Positions 11,337-24,737 of a stretch of 64,000 bases of DNA are shown here, piece by piece. Position 1 is the stretch's first letter; every line of letters begins with the position of its first letter. The DNA comes from Vicugna vicugna (lineage: Eukaryota), in assembly GCA_013265495.1 (NCBI GenBank), contig MU058452.1, forward strand, positions 62,001-126,000, written 5' to 3'. Position numbers and translations under genes: made by a program. Under the pieces are notes generated by a model that saw nothing but the letters and a program-made list of their open reading frames with translations, did no database searches and was not told the origin of the DNA.

Positions 11337-13329
11337 GGGAGTAATAGACATACCACATCTCTATTGCCTGAAGTGATACTTTATTGCACTTAGCTCAAGA
11401 ACTGAGCTTACAAGGAAGCATGAGAATATTACTGGACCCGCACCAACTCCACTGATGGCCTTTCTGGACTTGGGATGACATTAGATGCATGGTTGCTACC
11501 ATGGAAACTTCTCATTAAAATGTTATTTTTTTTTAACTTATAGATATATAATCTGATCTTTTTTGGATGCTTAATTTAAAAATACGTAACAAACTGAAAT
11601 CCCTTTATTTTTTTCCTCTTCTTTTATTGGTCATGCTCTGTTGGAATCCTCTGTACTCTGTACACTATGATTTTACTCCAAGGTTTCTTGCAGGCTCATT
11701 CCTCATTGCTCTGCTTTGCCATGAGGTCACCGAGACCTCAAAGTTAAGTTCTCGGTCAATATTTGTAAACCAAATAAATGATTTTTCAGGTCCCAACTTT
11801 ACAGCAGAGTAGTGTAAACTTGCTAACTCCAGACCTCAGTCTGGAGAACAGTCATGCATTGTTGCATTACGCGCCAGAATTTCTTAAAATTTGCTGCAAC
11901 ATGTTTTTGAAGAGTGTGATTGATTTTTTGTATGATGAGATAACAAAGATGGTATAGTGAATGTATACCCTAAAAAGAACCATTTATTTCTGATTTTGAA
12001 ATTCTTTTCATCAAAATGGTTTCCCTCTCAATAAGATGCATTTTTCTGTGCTAAAAAAAAAAAAAAAAAAAAAACAAGATCTGTCAAAAGCCACATGCAA
12101 CTCCCTCAAGAAACTCAAGGAAACCAAGTATTAGATATAGATAAACTTATCCACCGTGACACAAATGTTGACCTAAATTTCCTCTGATTATATTAAGGCC
12201 CAAGAAGGGCATTTTAGACCTGCAACAGACTCAGAAATCTTTGACACCTGAACACACTGACTCAACATCTTCTTAGGCTGGAGATTCACATTTGAAGTTT
12301 GCCCTTCAAAAATGGGGAAAATCCTAGCTAGTCACCGTCCTTGGTTGAATGATGCCCAGATAAAAGAAAAAAAAATCTAATCTTCTTTTCATTTAAACAG
12401 TTTTAATTCCCCAAGTTAAACAGAGAAAATGAAGATGTGGAATTGAAAGTCTAAGGCCATCCAGAGGTTTTCTGCAGAGCATGGACTTGATGTGTACCTA
12501 CTCAGATGACTTGAGTCCCAGCATTTGAATAGTACAAAGTTTACCTCTTTTTATACTTGGATCTTGATGAAATCAAGGAAGACATTATATAGTCTATTAA
12601 AAGAGGGCAGATAATGCACACTGTACTTACGATTTTTAAATGCATATTTTTTGCTGTTAATCATTATAGTAGACCTTAGAATATGCTACCTCTTCCACCA
12701 AACGATCTTGAACAATGCTCCCATTTGCTTAAATTGTGCTTTTTGTCAATCAGTTGCCAAAAAAAAATCCTTTGATGGCATTTTAAAGATCTCTTTTGTA
12801 GAAGCACTGAGGTCTTGTAATTGGTTGAGTGCAACTAGCCAGTCTGAGAGGATGACCTTTCACCCCAACCCAAAAAGAGCACTCTGGAGAGAGAGGTGTC
12901 ATAATCTGGGTTTAAGGCTTCCTACCAACATGTTGAGCGCTTGTTTCCTGCTCCACACACAGACCGGGGCAGGAAAGCCCAGCTTTCAACATTAGTTTTA
13001 GCTCCTGAGAAAGTCTCTACTCCGTAGGATGAAGGAAGAACTTATTCCACATCCCCCTGCCAGATGGAGACATAAAGCACATGGTTTCTCATAATTAGTT
13101 GTAGGAAACTGTTGTGAGAAAGAAAGGGAAGGAGAGACGAGGACTAAGGAAGCCAGAATGCTCACGTCCGGTTTTTAGAGCGATGGTACTGCAACCTGTT
13201 AACTCATTTGTTCTTCGCTTTGTCCCACCCTGTCGAGTTCTTCTTCCTGCATCACACGCTGGATCTGCTGCTCTGCTCCTTATATTCATCCTGGCGTAAA
13301 AGTTAACGGTATGTGCTCCCAAGTCCAGC

Positions 13330-13510
13330 TGGGAGTTAAAATTCCATCAACTCCATGTACCACCTGTGGGACCTTGGGGTCCTATGTCTGGGTTTTCTGG
13401 ACTTCAGAGTGGGTGTGTCCATAGTCCCTACCTCATAGCTGTCCTGTGTTAAAGAGGGTGATGTATGTAAATGAGTAAGCCTAGTGTTTATAGACTCAGT
13501 AAGAAATACT
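13330..13510 (+). mobile_element. MIR SINE fragment
   Basis: cacctgtgggaccttggg..cctacctcatag..gtgatgtatgtaaa. Confidence 0.55.
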
Positions 13511-13734
13511 TTAAAAACATCACACCTCTCTCTGCATTCTGGTTTCCTTGGACTGACAACCTGGTGATCCTACCTGGGTGCCTTGTGCACTTAGGATCAT
13601 CTTTAAAGGCATTGGGACTCAATAGACAATTACTAAAAAGCATGTGAGTTAGCAGATTAACTTACAATTTGTTATACTCCAGTTCATTTCTGGGAATCTA
13701 ATATATATATATATTTTTTCTGAGCAGGAAATTC

Positions 13735-13955
13735 AATAACATCACCTACTTTTTATCAAGCGCCTAACCTGTGCTGGGCCACTTACTACTAGGTGCTTAG
13801 GTATGTTTTTCCTAATTCTAATAGCACCCTTGAAAATTGATATTAGTATCTGTTTTTTCCAGTTGAGGCTAAACGGAGGTTCAGAGAGGTTAAGTAACTG
13901 ACCCAAGGTTCATAAGTAGCAAGGATAGAATTCAATACCAGGTCCACCTGACCTC
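13735..13955 (-). mobile_element. MIR SINE
   Basis: gaggttcagagaggttaagtaactgacccaaggt..gaattcaataccaggtc is the antisense MIR core. Confidence 0.8.
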
Positions 13956-16846
13956 AATTTCTTTGCTCCTTTCTTGTCACTCCTGATATTAGAGCAAGTC
14001 TCTTTAGGTGCTACCTGGAAAGTTTGATATTTGAACAGAAATTCTGAAGGTGCTAGGACCAATGACTACAGTAAATAAACTGTCCTCTACTCTCTCGACA
14101 AACTTCTTGCCTCTCTTCATCCTTTCCATCCTCTTTTTCAGTCATTCTTGCTCTCCCTTCTTTCTACCAGATGGCTAAACAAAATAATAAAACGAGAGGC
14201 AAGTTCTATTTCACACGTGGAGGTAAGAAGTTGGGTGTGGATTGTCTGTTGGAGGGACTTGGGAAAGATTCTCCCAGAATTAAGAGCTTCTACCTGACTG
14301 AATAGAACTTGCAGAACTATGACTTCATGTTCATTTATACCTAGTTCCTGAAAAACCAAAAATCAAATAAAGCAATATCATGATAACTTGTTAATGAAAA
14401 AAAGAATGTTGCACATAATAAAAAGAAAGGTGAAAAATTCACATTTGAAATGCTTAATGTCAAGCCAATTCTAACGTGCAATTAAAATAAATTCAGCTTA
14501 AAGTCATTCAGATAATCAGATAAATTGAATCTATATTTAACCAGGTCTAATTAGTGTGTTTTTACATAACAATTTCTAAAGAGGAAAGACATATACTGTC
14601 CACTTTTTTCTGAGTCTGGGGTGGCAAAATAAATTTTCAACTCAGGTATCTGCTACAACTCCTCAAATAATTGTTTCTTTATCCCTTGTTTGACGGAGAG
14701 ACAATGTCACCATCAGACCCTTGTGGGTGGCAACTGGGACAACTTTGCAGTCACATGGGCTTGTACTTCCACTTGGTGCCCAGATGCACTAGTGTCCCTC
14801 TTGACTTCTTCACTTGTTCTTTTTGCCTGTTGACTCTTAAGTGTTACATTATCTAGGTGTATTGTAGCTACAGTTCATATTAACCCCTTTTGAGACTAGA
14901 ATAGAGTAAAATAAAAATGTACTGTAATAGACACTATGTCACAGACACTTGTCTGTTACAGGATTACTTGAATTGCTTGCACTGGCGCTCTGGATGTCCC
15001 TGGTGTGTCAGGTTTCCTGTGGTCGTTAAAAAGCTGGATGAGATTTTAATCCCACGCAGAAGGGATGGTTACGTCGAATCACCTCATTTCTTGAATTTCT
15101 GATGCAATGATATAGTCATGGGAACGAGTAAATATTGGTGAGGGTATGTGTGTTCCAGATGCATCTACTGGTAACTACTCCTACTTAAAAATGGCTAACT
15201 GATCCCAAGTTCAGAGAAACAATTGAGATGATCCCCAAACTGAGGAAAAGTTAAGATACTGCAAAAGATGGAGAATAATCATACCTTTCAAATGTAATAT
15301 TTTTTGAGCTAAGGAAAAGAGACAATTTAACCACGTTTGTCAGGATTTGGGAGGAAACCTCCCCGCTACAACCGTGTGGTGTATCCTTTTCTCGCCTTTT
15401 CAAGCAACGTCAGAAGTTTAGTCAAGAGCAACATCATTAGAACTTCTCTTTCAGGGCTTGTTGTGAGTTTATTTGATGTCCCACTTGGGACGTTCACAAG
15501 AGACGTTTGTCTGTCCGCAGACGAGCATATTCTGGGGTGTGGGCTGCTGCAGGAAGGCCACCTTGAGCGCAGGCAGTGACTGGAGCAACCTTTGGCTAAG
15601 GTGCATGATAAACAAGCACGAGGCAGCAGGGAGTAGTTAAAACATTGCTTGAAACGTTGCAGTGAAGTATAACCATTTATGCTACGACTTCAGAGGATTC
15701 TTCCTCTGGAAGCATTCGCTACAAGCCCCTGTGAGATGTCAAGAACAGCTATTCACACGTACTTGTGAAATAAAACAAATTTATACTCACACAGAGGGGT
15801 GGTGACTCTAAAGAACTAAGCAGACTGCAATTTACATAGCTAGATACTCACACTGGAAAACAGAAACTTAAACAGAATGTTGATAAAGAAATTTCAAATA
15901 TTGTTCCGGGTTTAACATGGCTTTCAGCGCTCAAGTCTATGCTGGTATTTGTCTTCCTAAGGCATACAACTCACCCACTTTGGAACCAGAGAGTGATGTG
16001 GGTGGATCTGGGAGCTGTTAGCGAAAATTCTCAGGGAAGGAATCAATGGAAAAAATGAATCACTCTTCTTTGTGAATTTCTAATTTTTTTTTAATTGCAT
16101 AAATTTTAAGCTGTTATGAGTAACAGCTCCTGAATTCATTGGCTAAAGGTAGCTGTGGGATTTGAGGAGAAAAACAGCTATTAATAACAGTGGAACTCTT
16201 GAGGGATAAACAACGTCCAGTTCCCCAGTACTTGTCATTTTGTCCAACTCTGAAGCTGGGTTTGAAAACTTTTTCTGAAAATGTGTGCAAAGTTAGAAAG
16301 TATTGTTTGGAGAAGAGAAAGAGGGTAACATACTTTTGAAAGATGCAACACAAAGTTATGCCTAGTAGAGTGGCTGTGCTCATTACCCACTGGGAATGAG
16401 TTTCTGTTCCCAAACTATACATGACTTGGCATGTTGCTGACTTTAGAAGGTTGGAGTCCAGAGACCAGGTACTGGCTTTTTCTTGGGTTGTATCTGTTTC
16501 CGTATACCCCACACTGTCAGCTAGGGGTGGGTGTGCTGTTGGTTGTCAGGAAATGTCCATGTCATGAAACATACTGACAATACTAAAGGGGGGTGGGATC
16601 AACACAAAACACTCACATTTTAAAAAGTCAGTAAGAATTAAACAAGTGTACAATTAGAATAGCAGTAAGACAAGCATTCCAGCAATTTAAAATAGAACAC
16701 ACACCCTTTCTTCCCTTCAGGGAAATGGAGTTGGGGTGTTACATACATTCTCTATTCTGAAACGGACATATTTCTTTCTCCAATCAAATTAAATTAAACT
16801 TAAAAAAAGAAGTTACATCTGGCACCGTAGGATTCAGTGTTTGCCT

Positions 16847-16850
<4 letters not shown>

Positions 16851-16878
<28 letters not shown>
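16851..16878. repeat. (TG)14 microsatellite
   Basis: Direct reading. Confidence 0.95.
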
Positions 16879-16879
<1 letters not shown>

Positions 16880-17519
16880 TCCAAAAGGTTAATATATTTT
16901 CCTTGCCAACCTTTGCATTCAGATGGGTGTTCTCATGGCTTTGGAGCTTTTGTTTGCATCATTAGTCTGAAATCCCTTTTAAAATGGGTGAATTAATTTG
17001 GGGGAATTAGGTTAACAAGTCATATCTGAAGTGTGCTGGTTTACATTGTGGTTTGTGGTGAGTTTATGGAGGTTTTGAGAGAAAACTTCAAGTGCTGAAA
17101 GCAAACCTTTCTCAGACTGTGGTGCCTTTATGTACTAAGCACAAAATTTCCTTTTGTGGTCTGGGGTGACGTGGATTTGGATAATAAATAACCGTAAAAA
17201 GATTTCCTGAGGTTGACTGGAAGGCATCATTGACACTTGAAGTGGTTGATTTTGCAGCTTTCTACGGTGGAGTCTGAGGTTTTCTTAAAAACACACAAAC
17301 ATATATATATATGGAACATCCCTTTATGATCATGTCGTATATAGGCAATAATTACCCAATCCCCTCTTAGCTCCTTCGGTGTGTGGTCCAAGCAATTAAG
17401 CATCGTTGTTTCGTGTTTCTCTCTAAATACCTTTCACTAACCAGTGTGTCCAACTTTTGGACGAGCGTGTGACTTCTCAGTTATCAAAGAGGCTTATTAA
17501 GAGTTTGAGCAAGAAACCC

Positions 17520-18350
17520 CCACCCTCGCGCGCACGCGCGCACACACCCTGCACGGAAACCCCCTGCACGCTCGCATTAACGGTGGAAACTGTTTCCCAT
17601 TAATGTGTAATCAAGAAGCAGGCAGGCCATTTACTTTGAAAAATAAAATAAGAAACCCGCCTCCCTCCCTATGTGACCTTCCTGACTGCTCCCCACCCCC
17701 CATCGCCAACCTGTTTGTCCAACTTAGCGTCTCAAAGAATCAATTCCCTTTTGGTCCCAGAACCAGGAACAAATCAAGAAGAGCTGGGTGGATTTTTTTT
17801 TTTTCCGTCGTGAGTTAAAATATTCCAAAAGCTTCAGGCTTCCATTACAGTTGACCTTTCAGGCGTGCTGCAGCAAAAAAAGTTAATTCACTTCGCACAT
17901 GTGGGGGAGCAACAGGTGGTAGCCAACCACGGGGGCTGCTGGCATTCCTCCGTGTGCAAACCCCCGGCCCCCGGTACTCTGGGATTTACACTACCTCCCC
18001 CAGGCCCTGAGTGACAAGCTAATCGGTGCGCGGGGAAGCGCTGAGCTATTGATTCCGCTGTAACAGAACACCACCCCGTCGATGAAACTGCAATGAAATG
18101 CTTCAGCAGCGAAGAAAGGGAGGCATTGGACTGTTGAACAACTGGAGGAAATTTGCTGGTAGGTAGTGCGGCAGGAATGAAAGGGCTCTCAGGAGCAGGG
18201 CCTTGAAAAGCCAGGTTATTAAAAGACCCACAAGAGCTGGGGTCTGGCTGAGCGGAGCAGCATAGTCAGGGCTCAGTTGGGCGTATCTAAAAGGACTGGG
18301 GGCGGCCAGGGGCTTGCAGCTTTCAAAATTGCGTTAATCCCTCGAGTACT
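17520..18350. promoter_or_regulatory. Weak CpG cluster / candidate enhancer or lncRNA promoter
   Basis: Locally elevated CpG (cgcgcgcacgcgcgc, ggtgcgcgggg, ccccggcccccgg) inside a repeat-poor block with TAAT motifs. Confidence 0.5.
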
Positions 18351-18643
18351 TAATTTCTTTTCTTTTATGGCGGCTTGTAGTATAGCAACAAGTATTCAAG
18401 CAGTTAATAATTTTAAACAGTTTAGCTTTCCTTAGGCGATAGAGCTTTAGCCTTAATTAAAATTTTATTTCAGTCGGCAAAATATTAAAATGACATTAGG
18501 ATCCATCCTCTATGATGGGAAATATATGATGAGATGAATATTTTATTATACAAACTATTATTAAACACGCTTGAGTTTCACTTCAGATGTTCGAAATCCG
18601 GGCACTAGTTCTTAATAATGTTCCGGAAGCTTCCTTCTGAAAT

Positions 18644-18901
18644 ATTTTTTATTTATCTTTAATGTTTTTATTGAAGCATAGTTGATTTACAACGTTGTGT
18701 TAGTTTCAGCAAAATGATCCAGTTATACATGTGTAAATATACATACGTATATATTCCTTTTCAGATTCTTTTCCATTATAGGTTATTACAAGATATTGAA
18801 TATAGTTCCCCAAGCTATATAGTAGGTCTTTGTTGTTCATCCATTTTATATATAGTAGTGTGTATCTGTTAATCCCAGACTCCTAACTGATCCTTCCCTC
18901 G
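18644..18901 (-). mobile_element. 5'-truncated Cetartiodactyla-type L1 3' end with TSD
   Basis: ttttattgaagcatagttgatttacaa..ttttcagattcttttccattataggttattacaagatattgaatatagttccc; 13-bp TSD TTCCTTCTGAAAT at 18631-18643 and 18902-18914. Confidence 0.92.
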
Positions 18902-19253
18902 TTCCTTCTGAAATTTTTGAAAGTGACATATTAATAAGACACAGAGGCCAATTGCTTATGGTATTTTCAATATATGGAGGGGGAGAGCCATAAGGCAGAT
19001 CAAGGTGTTGGAGTGTTGGATAATTCATTGAAGAGTTAGCCTTTGGATAGAAATAGTTTTTGTGTAACTGCAAGGATGCATCACAAGCCACTGTTCATCA
19101 CAAGTCACCCAAACTGATCTTGGTCATTCTGGTGACATCTTTTACACCAAACAAAAGCCACCTTGCAGAGTCACCAGAACTGAAGAAGAAATACAGGGGC
19201 ACAAACTGATTTGTTTGCAACCTTTGTGACCTTTTATTTACCTGTTACGAAGT

Positions 19254-19278
19254 TGTGTGTGTGTGTGTGTGTGTGTGT
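19254..19278. repeat. (TG)n microsatellite
   Basis: Direct reading. Confidence 0.95.
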
Positions 19279-19859
19279 CTGGAAGTATTTAAGGAGTTAA
19301 ACAGTTGGGTCTCATTAGCGCATGGAATTTTAATGATAAAACAAATCTCAGAAAATTACCTCCAATCTAACACTAGACTGAAAATAACCATCAATTTTCA
19401 TCTGTGTTTCCTTCTTTCATCTCAGCATCTAGTGCCTATCACTGCGGCATTGAAGTGCTCCTTCAGACTAATTAGATTAATTTCACTTTCCATTGTGTGC
19501 TAGAAGGACACACTTATCATCTCCCTCCCTGCTGAAGTCAATAATTGATCGGGTAGTGACAGGTTGGTAAAATCCTCCTCCTGCCAAGATAAAGAAAGGG
19601 CTGGACTGAGGGAGTTACTGAGGATTCATTTTTGAAACTGGAATTGTTTATTGTGCTTGTGATGTTGAGGACCAAGTCTGTTAATCTTTGCCATCTTTGC
19701 TCTGTGAAGAACTGGCCACACTGTACCTTCTAAATATAGCCAGTGTGGGCATGTGTCAGTGGGGGATGAAGCACAGGAAGAGGAGTAAGGGTGAGCAGGA
19801 GGGTGTGTTTTGGCGGGAAGGGATGGGGCGCAAAGGGGAAGGTATGCTGAACCTTGAGG

Positions 19860-19965
19860 GAGGATGTGTGGGTTTAAGTTCCAGTTCTGCCACTCACCAG
19901 CTGTGTGCCTTGAAAGATTTACTCACCCTCAAAGGGACCCAATTTTATGATCTATAAAATGGAGA
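19860..19965 (+). mobile_element. MIR fragment
   Basis: gggtttaagttccagttctgccactcaccagctgtgtgccttg..tctataaaatgg. Confidence 0.75.
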
Positions 19966-19972
19966 GGGAGGA

Positions 19973-20700
19973 TTTATTCAATTAATATTTATTGATCGCC
20001 TGCCATATGGCATGAACTCTGGTAGCTTCTGAGGATGCAAAAGTGAGCAAAGAGAAGTGGCACGTGTCCTTCACAGGGCTTTGAGTCAACTGGGGGAGAG
20101 AGGCATGAGTCAAGTGACACTGATGCAGTAAAATTGCAATAGCCAGAAATAGACAGCAGTCTGAGCGAGTAGAAGGGACTTGACCCATTCAGGGAGGAAA
20201 GACGTCTTGAGCTGAGTTATGATGAATTAATGTAGAGCAAACAGAATGTGCAAGGGAGGAAGCAAGTCAAGGGCATGGGATTGGAAGATGGACAGCTAAG
20301 GATCAAGGGAGCAAGTGAGATAAGGTCACAGAAGCGAGGTATATGGTGCGAGGATGCGGCATGGTCAGATCTGAGATGGAAAAAGATTGGTGGAGAACTT
20401 GGAGCAGAAAACCAAGAGTGGAACCACATCAAGCTATTGAAATAGACCAGTCAAGAGATGATGGTTGCCTGCACTGGGTGGACAGAATGAAGAGATATTT
20501 CAGAGACACGATTGACAGAACTTGGTGATGAGTTAGGTTTAAAATGGAAGGAGAACATGTCCTTAAGAATGGACCCTTGGTTTCTGGATGGAATGACCCA
20601 GTGGATGGTGATGGCATTCATAGACCGGGAACACTGGGAAAAGACCAGATTTGTGGGAGAGAATTATGTTCAGGACATAAGAGTTTGAGAGGAATTTGAC
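19973..20700 (-). mobile_element. L2 LINE 3' fragment
   Basis: Begins ttattcaattaatatttattga (antisense L2 tail), then purine-rich L2 text (gagatgatggttgcctgcactggg, gatggtgatggcattca). Confidence 0.75.
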
Positions 20701-23517
20701 TCATCAAAGAGGGTGATGGGATAACCCCTACAATCTCCATCACCTCTAAAATTCTGTGATTGAGATGGATGCACCCAAGGGCTTGTTTGGAAAGTGGCAT
20801 GAAGCAGTGGAAATACCCATCAGCTTTTCTCATACATGGGGCCCCAATCCCAGTTTGGCTCTTTGCAGTCTGAGTGACTTTAGTTTCATTAATTTATCTC
20901 AGCCTCTATTGTCTGTCAACAATTAGGGTAATGTCACCCCCTTTCAAGGTGGAAATGAGCTTTGGAAGTAAAGAAGGCAGCATTTCTAGCTTGGAGCCAG
21001 ACACAAGGAAGAGCTGGACTTCTAAAATTTAACTTGCTCCAGGGCTTGTCGTTGTGATGAGATGTTCATCCATATACTGTCCTTTGTCAAGAAACTCCCA
21101 TATATTATTCCAGACCAAAGGCCTTGTATTTGAAATTCACTTAATAAATGATTTTTTTTTTTTTTTGTAGATCACCGTGACTGTTGTCCTAGGCCCCAGC
21201 TGCACTCCATCCAAAGATATTCTGGTCTCTGCATGGGGCTCAGTGGAGTCAAGTTACAGTACAAGGTTCCCCAGAGGAAAATTTGGGGGTTGAATTCTCT
21301 CTGATGAAACTTCTTTTTGTTAGTAGCATGCAAGTGAATTACGTTCTCCAGTGGGTTCTTAAGAAAGGTAGTTTCTGGCAGCTGGCTCTGGTGCTGTGCA
21401 TATAACCCCCCCAACCTCCCATATAAGGAAACATGTCCCTATGAAAAATGGACAGAATGATGGTGCTATAGGAAGAAATTTGCTTCTGTTTTTGTGAATG
21501 TGTGCCTGTGAGAGAGAGAGAGAGAAAGAGAAAGTTCATTCCATATCTTGGCTTCTTTATTATTACTCGTTACCTGGAGTATACTTCACAACAGATCAAA
21601 AATCCACCATTTTGGTTATTTAATTCAACTTCTCATGGCCACTCCTGTCCTGGCCTAGAGCCTGAGAGATGACCTGCCATAGAAGAGTGATGAAGCTAAG
21701 ATCATGATCTCACTCTTGAACTTTCCTTTGGAAAAAAAAAAAAATGCAAAGGAATTTCGAAAGGTTTGAGGATTCCTGGAAACTTACTTCCCTACCACCA
21801 CACAAAGCTAAGGTGGTTATTTCAGCACTCAAAGACTCTTCAACTTTTTACTTTCTAATGTATAGGGAAAAGGAGTCCTGCGTTCTGTAAACTTACTTAT
21901 ACCCCCAAATCCCCAAACATTCTAAATTACCGGTATTTCAATCCTAACTTGTTATTCCATCCAGATGCCATACGTGCTTTGTTCAATTAAAAAGAAACTC
22001 TGTTTAACGAGAAATTGTTTTCTTCCGGGCACTTAAAAACTTAGTACCCCTCTCTCCTTCCTTCTTCCCAAGTTTACTTACTTGTTAGGAAAATGGATTA
22101 CTTTCATCAAGTAAAAGGATTGTGGGCATGCGCACAGAGATAACCATCGTTATACATACTTACTTAGCATTGTGAAATTTGCAGGGTTCCCTGCAAAAGC
22201 TTTTAAAAATAGGGAGGAATTAATTTGGTTGATACTTGATTACTTTTGTTTACAGCGCTTGCAATCTACCTTAGAGACAGCCGCCTTTTGGAAATGTTAG
22301 CAATTTAAAATATTGGAAACTGTGGGAAGATACAGAGTGGTGATAGTTTGGTGAAGGTGAGGAATGTAAGTATTTCCTTTTCAATTTAGCCATCAGTATC
22401 ACTCAAATGATCGATACACCGGATCTATTAAGAGGGTCCAATCTTGCCTTCAGGGAGTTTTGCTTTTTTTTTTTTTCTTCCTGCTTTCCAGTGAGGTAAG
22501 AATGTGCTTACATGAATAGCAGGCAGTTGAAAATATGCCAACTTTATTCAATGTGGAAAAATTAAATTTGCCATTGAATTGAAGTTACTTCTTAATGCAT
22601 GCCAATGTAGTTTTCTGTATATTTTAAATGGTGTTGTCATGCTTGTTACAGTCAATTCATGATTTTCTGTATTGATGAAAAACAGGGATGAGAGTGAATA
22701 AATCACTTTTTTAGCCAATCATTTCATACTTTCCTGCCAAACGTTTTGAAGGGTCTGATTGATTTCCAGTAACTACCTTTATCTACCTGAAGAGTTGCTC
22801 ATAAAGTTGTGGCCATGACCACAATGTGGAAGATAATGGGGAACTGAAGGATGTAAGGACCCACCAGAAATTGTTCCCTGAACAACAATGGGGCATAAAG
22901 ACATTGGATGAGAAAGAGATGGAATCTGGCTGCTAAGCCAACAAAGCCTTTTGAGAATTTCGTTCTGATAGAGAAGGAGGATTTACATCAACATTTGGAA
23001 TTCTGCACTACTTGGGGAATAAATCCATCCTTCAAGTTCTATCCAAGTGTTCTATCAGCACCAAAAGGAAAAAAGAAATATTTGATAACACTCAAGTTTA
23101 CTATAGTTATAAAATTTTCCCATTGGAATCTACCCTAGCCTCTTTACTATAATGGCCACTTTCTTGGCTTCCAAAAACACAACTTTTCTGGATCTCTTGC
23201 TTCTTGGCTTATCTCGTTTTCTCCAGTCTTTGCTATCCGCAAATGTTTATCTAGTCTCGTATGTTCACCTCCTTATCTACCACTTTGTCTCAGTCAAGTT
23301 TCTCTTCTTGTCTTAAATAGGAATGGACTGAAGCTCTCTCAGCAGAAAGGAAAAAGGAAGAGAAAGGGGAAAAGGATGGAGAGGGATGGTAGATCTTGGG
23401 AAAAGGGATGCACCCAAGGGCTAGGAAAGAGGACAGGACCCAAGGTGGCCTCTTTCTCAGTGTTCTCTCTCACTGGCACACGTAATTGCTCACCCCTGAG
23501 GACCATCTGAGGATCTA

Positions 23518-23700
23518 CAGTTGGTCCTCAATATCCCCGGGTTCTGCATCCACAGGTTCAACCAAACTTGGATTGAAATACCTCTGATACCTAGGACTGA
23601 CTCTACTATGCCATTTTATATAAAGGACTTCAGCATCCATGGATTTTGGTATCCTCGGGGGTCCTCAAACCAGTTCCCCGTGGATACCTAGATATGACTG
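23518..23700 (-). mobile_element. MER2-like (TcMar-Tigger) short non-autonomous DNA transposon
   Basis: TA flanks at 23516-23517 and 23701-23702, CAGT...ACTG termini, ccattttatataaaggacttcagcatccatggattttggtatcc matches antisense MER2. Confidence 0.85.
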
Positions 23701-24363
23701 TATGCCCTTTTTATGTCTAGTACCCTATTTTTTTTTCTGGCGACAAGCTTTCTCTGTTTTTGTGTCTTTTAACTTTTGTGATTGCCCATCTTCAGTTCAA
23801 GGCACTCGCAGAGATTAACTTGAATTGTTGGATCTTAAATCTGAACCCTGAGATGATGATTCACTCAACCGTGGCCAGTGGAGTGATATCACTTAAATCA
23901 CAAACATATCGGTGCTGGAGGAGACCTTCCTTGGAGTAGAAGGGATTCCTGAGTCAGCATGCACCCTAATGTGCGTGTCACACACTTCATCCTCTCACCT
24001 ACGTTCTTGGCTAAAAATATTCCACCAAGAGTGGACTCTCCCATTGGTGTATCTTCAACTAGGCAAACCTATCTGCCTTTCCCATTGCTGCAAAAAGCAA
24101 AATAAAACCAGCAAGAAAATTGCATGATTACCTTAGTGCACAGGTTTGTTTCAGTCATTTGTAACCCATGTTGATCCATAATTTCGTGTTGATAATCACT
24201 ACATTCCATAATTCTTTTGAAATGTCATATAGATTTATCTCCCACCCACCCCAATTCTACACCACAACTCTAATCCATGCTTTTCTCAGTGCTCCTCTGT
24301 ATTATTACACTTACTTCCCAGCTGCCTTTTCCTGTTTCCATCTTGTCTTCCATTTAAGTCACC

Positions 24364-24737
24364 TGTATGGGCTGAGTGTTTTGTGTCCCTCAAAACATAC
24401 GTGTTGCTCATATGTTGGTGCTCTAATCGCCAATGTGATGATATGAGCAAGTGGGAACTAATTAGGTTATAATGAAGTCATGAGGGTGGAGCCCCATGAA
24501 AGGATGAGTGCCCTTAGAAGAAGAGGAAGAGACACCAGCGCTTCCTCTCCCTGCCATGTGAGGACACAGCAAGAAGGCAGCCAACTTGCCAGCCAGGAGG
24601 AGACTTCTCACCAGGAACTGAATGGACTGATACCTTGATCTTGGCCTTCATAGCTTCCAGAACTATGAGAAAATAAATGTCTGTTGTTTAAGCTACTTGA
24701 TCCAACACATTTTGTTATAACAACCCAAGCTAAAACA
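24364..24737 (+). mobile_element. MLT1A-type MaLR solo LTR
   Basis: tgtatgggctgagtg..gagggtggagcccc..gccatgtgaggacacagcaagaaggcagcc..cttgatcttggc..ccagaactatgagaaaataaatgtctgttgtttaagc..aaaca. Confidence 0.9.

Noticed and set aside
12053..12074. A22 tract as the tail of a retrocopy or SINE
   Set aside because: No recognisable upstream element body or TSD
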